NCBI GenBank assembly: GCA_028826165.1 | Contig: JAPDFW010000084.1 | Coordinates: forward strand, 124,001 to 188,000 | Length of the DNA: 64,000 nt | Origin: Anaeramoeba ignava BMAN | Taxonomy: Eukaryota > Protista > Anaeramoebae | Reading direction: 5' to 3' | Shown here: positions 50,501-62,061 of the stretch, one piece after another | How positions within the stretch are numbered: position 1 is the first letter of the stretch | Layout: each line of letters begins with the position of its first letter | Program-made: the position numbers and the translations under genes | The notes under the pieces: generated by a model | Told to the model about the DNA's origin: nothing | What the model saw: the letters and a program-made list of their open reading frames with translations, nothing else | Databases searched by the model: none

Positions 50501-50789
50501 TAATAATAAAAAAAAAAACCAAATTAAAGAGAATAAAAGAAACAAAGAAAAACAAAAGATTTTTTTAAATAAAAAAGAAAAGAAGAAAAAAAAATTTTTT
50601 TATTTAAAATTTTAATTAATAAAAAAAAAAAAGATTTAAAAGATTTAAAAGAGGAGTTTTAATTGAAATGATCATTTTCATTTTTTTATTTTTTTTTTTA
50701 AAATTAAATTTTTAAATAATTTTGTTATTAAAAAAATTAATTTTTTCCAATTATTTTTTTCTTTTTTATTTTTATTAATTAAATCCAAA

Positions 50790-53232
50790 ATGGGAAACTC
50801 AAAAAATACTTTATCAATATCAAAAAATCTTCAAAAAAAATATCCTAAATCAATACAAGAAAGTAGACTTCCAATAATATTAGTAGATTGTACAACACAT
50901 ATTTATGCAACAAATAATTCATTTTGTAAACTTTTGGGTTATGAAGAACCAGAATCATTAAATCAAATTCCAATTTCATCAATATCAGCAAAATATCAAC
51001 CACTTTCAAAAAATAAATCAGAATCTGCTATTGTTTTTGTTAATGATCAAAGTTTAATGTTTGTTTTTTTGGATTTTCACTAATCCAATTTAATATTAGA
51101 TTTAATATTATATTTAATATTTAAAATTAGATTTAAAATTATATTTAAAATTAGATTTAAAATTATATTTAAAATTATATTTAATATTATATTTAAAATT
51201 ATATTTAAAATTAGATTTAAAATTAGATTTAAAATTAGATTTAAAATTATATTTAAAATTAGATTTAAAATTATATTTAAAATTAGATTTAAAATTATAT
51301 TTAAAATTAGATTTAAAATTATATTTAAAATTATATTTAAAATTATATTTAATATTTAATATTATATTTAATATTATATTTAATATTATATTTAAAATTA
51401 TATTTAATATTATATTTTATTATTATATTTAATATTATATTTAATATTATATTTAATATTATATTTAAAATTAGATTTAAAATTATATTTAATATTATAT
51501 TTAATATTATATTTAAAATTATATTTAAAATTAGATTTAAAATTATATTTAAAATTGGATTTAAAATTAGATTTAATATTATATTTAAAATTGGATTTAA
51601 AATTAGATTTAATATTATATTTAAAATTATATTTAATATTATGATTTAATATTATATTTAAAATTATATTTAAAATTATATTTAATATTATATTTAATAT
51701 TATATTTAAAATTATATTTAATATTAGATTTAAAATTATATTTAAAATTAGATTTAATATTAGATTTAAAATTATATTTAAAATTATATTTAATATTATA
51801 TTTAAAAATTATATTTAAAATTATATTTAATATTAGATTTAAAATTAGATTTAAAATTAGATTTAAAATTATATTTAATATTTAAAATTATATTTAAAAT
51901 TATATTTAATATTTAATATTAGATTTAAAATTATATTTAATATTAGATTTAAAATTATATTTAAAATTATATTTAATATTAGATTTAAAATTATATTTAA
52001 TATTAGATTTAAAATTATATTTAATATTTAAAATTATATTTAATATTATATTTAAAATTATATTTAATATTAGATTTAAAATTAGATTTAAAATTAGATT
52101 TAAAATTATATTTAATATTTAAAATTAGATTTAAAAATTAAATTTAATATTATATTTAAAATTAGATTTAAAATTAGATTTAAAATTAGATTTAAAATTA
52201 GATTTAAAAATTATATTTAAAAATTATATTTAATATTATATTTAATATTATATTTAATAAAATATTTAATATTATATTTAAAAATTATATTTAATATTTA
52301 TATTTAATATTAGATTTAATATTTAAAATAATATTTAATATTTAAAATTATATTTAATATTTAAAATTATATTTAAAATTAGATTTAATATTATATTTAA
52401 AATTATATTTAAAATTAGATTTAATATTAAATTTAATATTAAATTTAATATTATATTTAATATTATATTTAAAATTAGATTTAATATTAAATTTAATATT
52501 AAATTTAATATTATATTTAATATTATATTTAATATTATATTTAAAATTATATTTAATATTTAAAATTATATTTAAAAAATCAAAAGAAATGATCAAGCAA
52601 TCTTTCATTTTCCTTGGGTTTTAAAAAATTCCAAAAATCAAAAAGTTTATGTTTTAGCTTATCTTTCTTTAATAGAATTTGATGGGAATTTTTTGGGTCA
52701 AATTATCATAAGAACTCCAATCTTAAAAAAAAAACAAACAGGAAACAAAAAACAAATTAATTTATCTAATAAAATTGAACCAAATCAAAAATTCCAAATT
52801 TATTCTCAAAAAATAATCACTGAAGAAATTGATAAAATCCAAAAGAAAATTGAAAATCTAAAAAAACCAGAATTACCAGAACAATATTTATTGCAAAAAA
52901 TTGAAAACATTCAATCTTCTTTTCAACAATTTTTTATTCAACAAGAAGAAATTGAAAAAGTTTTTCAAGAACAAAAAAAAATTCAAAATCAAAACGAAAA
53001 TCAATTACAAAATTTTTTACAAAATGAACTTGAAAAAAGAAAAAATTTCATTTCTCAAGAACAAAAAAAACTTGAAGAAGAAATGGAAAAAAATCGAAAA
53101 GTAAAAATTTTGTATAAAAAAATTATGACAGAAATTGGTCAAAATGATGAACTTTCTAAAAAATTATCAATTTATTCTCAAAATATAGGAAATGAATTTG
53201 AAAAAACTGAATCTTCTTCAAAAGAATTTTAA
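50790..53232 (+). CDS. PAS-domain plus coiled-coil protein with a possible N-myristoylation signal (2 exons)
   Basis: MGNSKN start; PIILVD...ATNNSFCKLLGY PAS core; intron 51059-52586; exon 2 FPWVLKNSKNQKVYVLAYLSLIEFDGNFLGQIIIR completes the PAS beta-sheet, followed by a coiled coil. Confidence 0.72.
51059..52586 (+). repeat. Intron filled with a 12-bp repeat (TTTAAAATTATA/TTTAAAATTAGA)
   Basis: GTTTGT donor and AAG acceptor; a phase-2 join restores the frame. Confidence 0.85.
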
Positions 53233-53467
53233 ATTTTTTAAAATTTTAAAAATAAAACTGTGGAAAAAAAAAATGAATTAAAAAAATTAAATTTTTTCCT
53301 TTTGTTTTTTTTTTATTATTCGTCAAAAAATTTTGAATTAGAAAAGAAACCAAAAAGTGGAAGAAAAAAAAATATTTTTTTTTGTTAAAGAAAAAAAAAA
53401 AGAGAAAAAAGAAAAATTTCGAATTAAAAGAAAAAAAAAAGAAAGAAAGAAAGAAAGTAATTTTCTT

Positions 53468-55987
53468 TTACTTTTTGACTTTAAAATTAAAATCAATTAA
53501 TCCAAAGTACTTAGCAGCAAGAGAACCAGAAATGAGAATAACAGGAATAGAAGCTAAGATGATTTTGTTTCTTTTCTGAGCATTTCTTTTTGAAACACGA
53601 TTTTCATATTCAGATTTAATTGTGTCATGTTTTTCTTTTAAATCTTTTGATTGAAGAATAATTTTTTCAAGTTCTTTTTTGGTTGAATCAAAATCAGTTT
53701 CAGTTTTTTGGAAATCTTCAGGATCAATTTGCTCAGTTTTTTGTGTTGATTCAACCATTGCGTCAATATCTTGATTGAGTTTTTTGTTCTTTTCTTCGAA
53801 TGAACTAACTTTTTCGAGTAATTCAGTGAATTTTTTGTTTATAATCATTAATAGATTGATTTATAATTATTTGCTCTTCTTCTTGTTTTTTCTTCAATTC
53901 TTGTTTTGTTTCCAGATCAAAAAGTTGAGATAAATGCATGAAATCTTCCTCCAATTTTGCTTTTTTACGAGTTTCTGAATCTAATTCTACTTTTTTCTTT
54001 CCAAGTTCTTTTGTGAGCTTTTCAATCTCTTTTTGTGATTGAAATTTATGTGTTTCAAGTTCGTCTCTTAATGTTTGTTTTTGGGTTATCATTTTCCGAA
54101 GTTCTTCTTGTTCTTTTCTTAAATCTTCTTGTAATTTTGTGATTTCTTGATTCTTTTCTGTGATCAATAAATTATCATCATCTTTATCATATTCACTTAT
54201 TGACTTTATTTTTTTATAAAAATATTATAAATAAATATTATAAATAAATTTATAAATAAATATATAAATAAATTTATAAATAAATATATAAATAAATTTA
54301 TAAATAAATATATAAATAAATTTATAAATAAATATATAAATAAATATATAAATAAATATATAAATAAATATATAAATAAATATATAAATAAATATATAAA
54401 TAAATATATAAAAATAAATATATAAATAAATATATAAATAAAAATATATAAAAAAATATAAAATAAATATATATAAATAAATATATAAATATATAAATTT
54501 ATAAATAAATATATAAATAAATATATAAATAAATATATAAATAAATATATAAATAAATTATAAATAAAAAATATATAAATAAATATATAAATAAATATAT
54601 AAATAAATATATAAATAAATATATAAATAAAATATAAATAAAATATATAAATAAATATAAAATAAACAAATAAAAAATATAAATAAAAAAATAAAAAAAA
54701 AAATATAAAAAAAAATATAAATAAAAATATAAAAAAAAATATATAAATAAATATATAAATAAATAAACATAAATATAAATAAATAAATAAATAAAAAAAT
54801 ATAAAATAAATATAAAAAATAAAAATATATAAATAAATATATAAATAAATATATAAATAAATATATAAACAAAAAATATAATAAATAAAAATAAAAATAA
54901 AATATATAAATAAAAAATAAAAAAAAACAAAATAAAAAAATAAATATATAAATAAATATATAAATAAAAATATAAATAAATATATAAATAAATAAAAAAT
55001 ATAAAATAAAACGAAATAAATATATAAATAAATTTAAAAAATAAATTTATAAATAAAATTTTTAAAAAATTAAATAAATAAAATAAATAATATAAAAAAA
55101 ATATAACAAAAATAAAAAAAAAAATAAAAATAAAATAAAATAAAAATAAAAATAAATAAATAAATATAAAAAAATATATAAATAAAAATATATAAAAAAA
55201 AATATATAAATAAATATATAAATAAATATATAAAATAAATATATAAATAAATTTATAAATAAAATATAAATAAAATATAATAAAATAAATAAATAAAAAA
55301 ATATATAAATAAATAAAATATATAAATAAATATATAAATAAATATATAAAAAAATAAATAAAAAATATAAATAAATATATATAAATAAATATATAAATAA
55401 ATATATAAATAAATATATAAATAAATATATAAATAAATTTATAAATAAATTTATAAATAAATTTATAAATAAATATATAAATAAATATATAAATAAATAT
55501 ATAAATAAATATATAAATAAATATATAAATAAAAATATAAATAAATATATAAATAAATATATAAATAAATATATAAATAAATATATAAATAAATATATAA
55601 ATAAATATATAAATAAATATATAAATAAATATATAAATAAATATATTAATAAATATATTAATAAATTTATAATTGAATTTTTAAATAAATTACATTCAAT
55701 AATTCAGAATAATCTTTATTAATTTGTTCTGTTTTTTGTTGATCTTCTTTTAATTTAGTTTCAATTTTTCTAAGTTCGTCAGAAATTTGTTTGTTTTGAT
55801 TTTTTAATTCTTCTATTTCACCAACTTTTGTTGTAAATTCTTGGTTTTTTTTGGATAGAGTCTGTTCTGCAGACTCAGAAAATTGAAGGTATTCTGCTTC
55901 TTGTTTTGCTAACTTTTCTTTGATTTCATTTAATAAAACTAACTTAGAATCTCTGACTTTCTCCAATTCTCCTTGTGATTTATTCAT
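53468..55987 (-). CDS. Tail-anchored coiled-coil protein of unknown function; frameshift at about 53833
   Basis: Exon 55694-55987, intron 54204-55693, then coiled-coil ORFs 53823..54167 and 53468..53848 offset by one extra A; C-terminal transmembrane segment IILASIPVILISGSLAAKYFGLI flanked by basic residues. Confidence 0.7.
54204..55693. repeat. Intron filled with (ATAAATAAATAT)n
   Basis: 12-bp unit read directly. Confidence 0.9.
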
Positions 55988-56300
55988 AATTAAATTTTTT
56001 TTATTTTTTTTTTTTGCTTTTTTTATTTTAAAAAATTTTTTGAATTGAAAAAAAAATGAATTGCGAAAAAAGCAAAAAAAAAAAATAAAAAAAAAATTTT
56101 ATTATATTATTTTATATGTATATCTTTTTATATGAGATAAATAAAATTTAAATTAAAATTTTTCTTTTTATTTTTAATTTTTAAAAAGCGTTAAAAAAAA
56201 GAAAAGAAAAAAAAAAAAAGAAAGATTCCAATTCCAATTCCAATTCCAATTCCAAAAATAAAAAAAAAGAAGAATAATTGCTATTTTTTTTTTGTTATTG

Positions 56301-59300
56301 TTAAAAATCTAATAAACTTTCTTGTAATTCTTCTCCTTTTACATAAAGTTCAACTTGACTTTTATCTGGAATTAAATCTGGAATTTCAATATTTCTCCAA
56401 AATTCAAATTTAAGATTTGGGAAATCATTTTTAACAGGAAAAACAAAAAATTCATCTTTTTCAATATGAAATCCATCAACTTTTGTTGATAATTCTTTAT
56501 TTTTAGAATAATAATTTTTTGCTTCTTGGAAAAATCTTTCCATTGTTCCTTTTAAAATTGGTTCTTTATCGAATCTATTTTTTTTATAAAATTATATTCA
56601 AAATTTAATTCAATTCAATATTCAATTCAATATTCAATATTCAATATTCAATATTCAATATTCAATATTCAATTTAATATTTAATTCAATATTCAATATT
56701 CAATTCAATATTCAATATTCTATTCAATTCAATATTCAATATTCAATTCAATTCAATATTTAATATTCAATTCAATTCAATATTTAATTCAATTTAATAT
56801 TCAATTAAATATTTAATATTTAATATTCAATTCAATATTTAATATTTAATATTCAATTCAATATTCAATATTCAATTCTATTCAATATTTAATTCAATAT
56901 TTAATTCAATATTCAATATTCAATATTCAATATTCAATATTCAATATTCAATATTCAATATTCAATTCAATATTCAATTCAATATTCAATTCAATATTCA
57001 ATATTTAATATTCAATTCAATTTAATATTCAATTCTTAATTCAATTCAATTCAATTCAATTCAATTCAATATTCAATTCAATATTTAATATTTAATATTC
57101 AATTCAATATTCATTTTAATATTCAATTCAATATTCAATTCAATTGAATATTTAATTCAATATTCATTTTAATATTCAATTCAATATTCAATTCAATTGA
57201 ATATTTAATTCAATATTTAATATTCAATATTCAATTCAATATTCAATTCAATATTTAATATTCAATTCAATTCAATATTCAATATTTAATTAAATTTAAT
57301 ATTCAATTCAATTCAATTCAATTCAATTCAATATCCAATATTCAATATTTAATTAAATTCAATATAATATTCAATTCAATATAATATTCAATTCAATATT
57401 CAATTCAATTCAATATTTAATTCAATATTTAATTCAATATTTGATTTAATATTCAAAAATGAATTAAATTTGTTGTTTTTTACTCATCTGGTTGGAAATT
57501 TGTTAAAATTTTATGTATTTGAAAAAGATTCAAAGATTTGCAAAGTGTTACGCAAGAAGAAAATGATTTAGTTGAATCCACCATTAAAATCTTATTCATT
57601 AAAAGACAATGAGCAATTTCTTTAATTGAATTAAAATAAACTCTTTTGAAATAAAAATAAAAATAAATAAAAATATATAAAAATATATAAAAATATATAA
57701 AAATACTTTAAATCAGGAAATTCGGAACTATCAAACCAATCAGATAATGGTGTTAATGCATATTTCAAATCAATACCAAATCCATATGTGCAAAGTGATG
57801 AATCTTTAAAAAGAGTATTCGCAATCACTGAATGAATAAAATAAACCACTTGAGATATTATTGAAGAAATCAATTCTTTTGGATAGCAATGCTTCTTAAA
57901 AAGAACAACAACTTGATTCAGATAATCAACAACAACTTGAGGTTTGTAGTAATTATCTACAAGTAAATCCCGAGTTGAATTTTGAAGCATGTATCGTTTT
58001 TTCAAGTACGATTTTTGGATTAATGGACGCAATCTCTCTGTGATTTTCTGTATTAATATCAGATAGACTGATGAGAATATCTGGTCCAGTTTTGTTATTA
58101 ATTTAGTCAACTTAGTTTTGCTTTCCTCTTTGAAATTAATAACGTTTTCATTCATATCATCATCTTGATCGGAAATGAATTGTATTTCTTCCTCAATACT
58201 CTGGTTTGATTTCTCTTTTTCGCTATTATCACTACTTTTTTCACTTGAAAAACTCTTTGAATCAAATTCCTCATCAATTAAATCATTCAATATGTGCCTC
58301 ATATAAATTGCATTTGATAATAACCAACATAATTTTTCTGTGTTTTTGTACTTCAGTTTGCGAATTAATGTCTGAATTGATTCAATGAATATTTTAATTC
58401 CTTCCCAAGATTGATTCTCATCAAAAAAATTATTATTGCCAAGAAATTGTACCATCAAACTGGCAGAAACAGGAATCCCATTGGAATAAATGGGTTTCGA
58501 AAGAAAAAACAGTCTTTGAATAATCCAGTATTCTTTCCGAATATTCTTGAAATTTTTCATCTCTTTTTCTAAAGTCTCAATTAATTCAATTTGATTTTGG
58601 ATTTGATTTTGATTTTCTTTTTGATTTTCTTTTTGATTTTCTTTTTGATTTTCTTTTTGATCTTCTTCTTGATCTTCTTTTTGATCTTGATCTTCTTCGA
58701 ATTGTTCCTTTTCTGCCTTATTTTTTTTAACATTTTTTGATTTCTCTTTTAAAGCCTTTTCTGCCATATCTAGTTTACTTTGAAGTAGCTTTATTTTTGA
58801 TTTACTTTCATTTACAGATTGTTTTGCTAACTTGATTTCTTCATCTTTTTCTTCGATTTTCTGTTTCAGCTCTAGATTTTCATTCTTGGATTCCTGAACC
58901 TCAATTTCAACTAATTTTTTTTGTAATTCAACCTCTTTTTGTGTAGTTTCCATGTATTCCAAATTTGCAGACATTTGCTTCTCTTTTTGTTCAATTACTT
59001 TTTCTTTCAATAAGATTTCTTGTCTTTTTTCTTCCATTTCAAGCTCTTGTTCTTGCGATGAATTTTCTAATTCTGCGCTTTTTTGTTTTAATTGATCAAT
59101 TTCTGTTTTCAGTTCTTGGATGTTTTGCTTGCTTTTTTTGTATTTGTCTTTCTTTTTATTCAATTTTTGTTGGATATTATTTAATTCTTCTTTTGTTTGA
59201 TTTGATTCATTGATTTTTTGCTCTTGTTGTTGTTGTTGCGATGAATTTTCTAATTCTGTGCTTTTTTGTTTTAATTGATTAATTTCTGTTTTCAGTTCTT

Positions 59301-61936
59301 GTATTTTTTGCTTGCTTTTTTTGTATTTATCTTTCTTTTTATTCAATTTTTGTTGGATATTATTTAATTCTTCTTTTGTTTGATTTGATTCATTGATTTG
59401 ATTCTGTTTTTCTTTTTCCAAAGCTTGAATTTTTTGATCTTTTTCTTGTATTATCTCGTTTGTTTCTTGTGATTTTTTTTTAAGCAAATTTTCAATTTTT
59501 TCTTGAGTATTCTCTGATTCTTGTTGTGAATTTAATAAAGCCAGTTGTGTTTGCAAATTTTTATAATTTTCCTTAATTTCTTGAAATTTCTGATCTTCTT
59601 CTAATTTTTCTTGTTTCAATTCCTTTATTGCTTGATTTTTTTCGTTTAATTCTTTTTCAAAATTTTCTTTGTTTTCTTTCATTTCCTGTTTTTTGTCATT
59701 ATATTTAGAAGTATGTCTTTGAATTTTCTTCATTAAATATTCATTTTTTTTAAGTTCGATTGAAAGTTGTATTTTTTTTTCTTGAAGTTGTTTATCTTCT
59801 TGAGGATCTTTTTGTTTTTCTTTTTCGATATTTTTTGATTTCAAATCTTGAATTTGCTTTTTTAATTTTTGAATCTCTTTTTGGTTGTCTCGATAATTTT
59901 TCTGGTCAAGATTGCTCTTTTGCAAGTTTTGAATTTGTTGATTTAAATCTTCAATTTGTTTGTTTAAACCTTCAATTTGTTGATTTAAATCCTGGATTTG
60001 CTGGTTTAGTTCTTGAATTTGTTGTTTTTGTTTCTTATCCTGATTTTCTTGTTCAAGATTTTTCTTTTCCAAATTTTCAATTTGCTGATTTAAATTTTGA
60101 ATTTGTTGATTTAAATTCTTGTATTTCTTGTTTTCGATTATCTTCTTGATTTTTTTGTTCAAGATTCTCCTTTTCCAAATTTTGAATTTGTTGATTTAAA
60201 TTTTCAATTTGTTGATTTAATTCTTGTTTATCTTTTTGTTTTTGATTATCTTCTTGATTTTTTTGTTCAATATTCTTCTCTTCTAAATCTTGAATTTGTT
60301 GGTTTAAATTTTCAATTTGTTGATTTAATTCTTGTTTTTCTTTTTGTTGATTTTCTTCTTGTTTTTTTTGTTCAATATTCTTCTCTTCTAAATATTTCAC
60401 TTGTTGTTTTAAATCCTCAGCTTCTTCTTTTAATTCTTGTATTTGCTTTTTTAATTCCTGAATTTGTTCTTCTTTTTTTGTAACTTCATTTTTTGCTGAT
60501 TCAATAATTTTATTCGCTATATCAAGTGAATTTTCGGATTCTTCAACTTTTTCTTTTTCAGACTCAATAGTTTGAAGAAGAAATTCAATTTTCATATCCT
60601 TTTCATGATTTGAATCTTCCATTTTAATAGATAAATCTTGGATCCGTTTTTTCTTTTTTTCTAATTCCTTTCTTGTTTTTGATAATTTTTTTTGTGTTAA
60701 TTTTAATTTTGCCTTAATTTCTTTAATTTCTTGTTCTGGATTTTTTCTGATAATTTCTTTTGGTTGATTTGACTAATTTAAATATTTTTTTTTTAAAAAT
60801 TAAAATTAAAAAAATTATTTAAGTTTTTCTGTGTTTTGTTGTTTTTGAATTTTTTTTTTTACAGAATTTAAAGGTTCTTGAAGTTTAGGATTTAAAGAAT
60901 TTGAAGGTTCTTGTTTTTTAGAAATAACTTGATTATCATTTTTGAAATAATCCAACTTTTTTAAGAAAAAGAAGAAGAAGAAGAAACAAAACAAATTAAA
61001 ATTTTAAGAAAAAATCAAAAATTTTTTTTTGATTTTCTCAAATTTTTACAATTAAATTTGAGTCTGTTGGTTGTGTATTATCTGCAAAATCTTCTTGAAA
61101 TGAGTTTTGTTCATCTTCTTCAGTAATACCATCCAAATTTTCATCTTCAAAAAGACTGTCATCTTCATCAAAAGCGGAATCAAAACTAAGTGAATGAACC
61201 AATTGGTTGTGAATAAGATTATCATTTTTTTCTTTTTCTTTATTATTATTTTCTTTTTCTTTTTCTTTATTATCATTTTTTTCTTTATTATCATTTTCTT
61301 TTTCTTTATTATTATTTTCTTTTTCTTTATTATTTTCTTTTTCTTTATTATTTTCTTTATTATCATCTTTTTCTTTTTCTAATTTCCCTAATAGTAAAAT
61401 TTTATAATTTTTTTGTTGATTTTTAATTGTAATATCTTTTTGTTGATTTTCTCCTTTTGAATTAAATTCAGAAATATAAATTATAGTTTTTGCAATTTTT
61501 TGAGATTTTTTGCTTTTTTTTGGTTCATTCTATTTAAAAATAAACATAATTATTTTAATAAATAAATAAGTAATAATAAAAAGATCAATTACAAAAAAAT
61601 TCCAAATCAGAATTTTTTCTTATTTTTCTTTTTATTTTTTCTTTTTCAAATTATTAAAAAAATTTTTTTTTTTTTTACAAGAAAAATTTCAATTTCTAAT
61701 GATTTTTTATCAAAATCATTTGTTTTTAAGTTTTTAAAAAGAGTAACAAGAATAGAAAATTGTTGATTCACATTTGCTTCACCATTTGAATCAATTTTTA
61801 TATCTTTTGTTTGTTCGTTATGATTCTTTCTTTTGAATTTAATAAAAATTGAAGAGAAAGGATCAAATCCATAAACAGATAAAAGGATGAAATTAAATTT
61901 AAATTTTTGAGGTTTTTTTCCTCTGTGTTTAAACAT
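56301..61936 (-). CDS. NT-type C2 domain, long coiled coil and Dilute (DIL) domain protein; frameshift at about 60114
   Basis: N-terminus KFKFNF...IFIKFKR...ANVNQQFSILVTLFKN...FDKKSLEI (EEIG1/EHBP1 NT-C2). C-terminus LCWLLSN, QVVYFIHSVIANTL...CTYGFGIDLKYAL..LSDW, IKEIAHCLLMNK, LNLFQIHKILTNFQPDEFD (DIL). Multi-exon. Confidence 0.8.
56580..57480. repeat. Intron filled with (CAATATT/CAATT)n
   Basis: Read directly; interrupts QPDE|FDKEP. Confidence 0.9.
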
Positions 61937-62061
61937 TTAAAAATTAGAAAATAAAATTGAAAACAAATTAGAAAAAAAAAATGAAAATGAAAATGAAAAA
62001 ATTTAATTTTTCATTTTTTTCAATTTTATTATTTTTTTTTCTTATTATTAAAATTTAAAAA

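Noticed and set aside
3495-60120. Frameshifts in five genes (about 3495-3570, 6100, 9740, 53833 and 60114) as programmed frameshifting or true pseudogenes
   Set aside because: All are 1-2 nt indels in A/T homopolymers with no common slippery context or direction, which is the signature of long-read consensus error. Short-read polishing or RNA-seq would decide.
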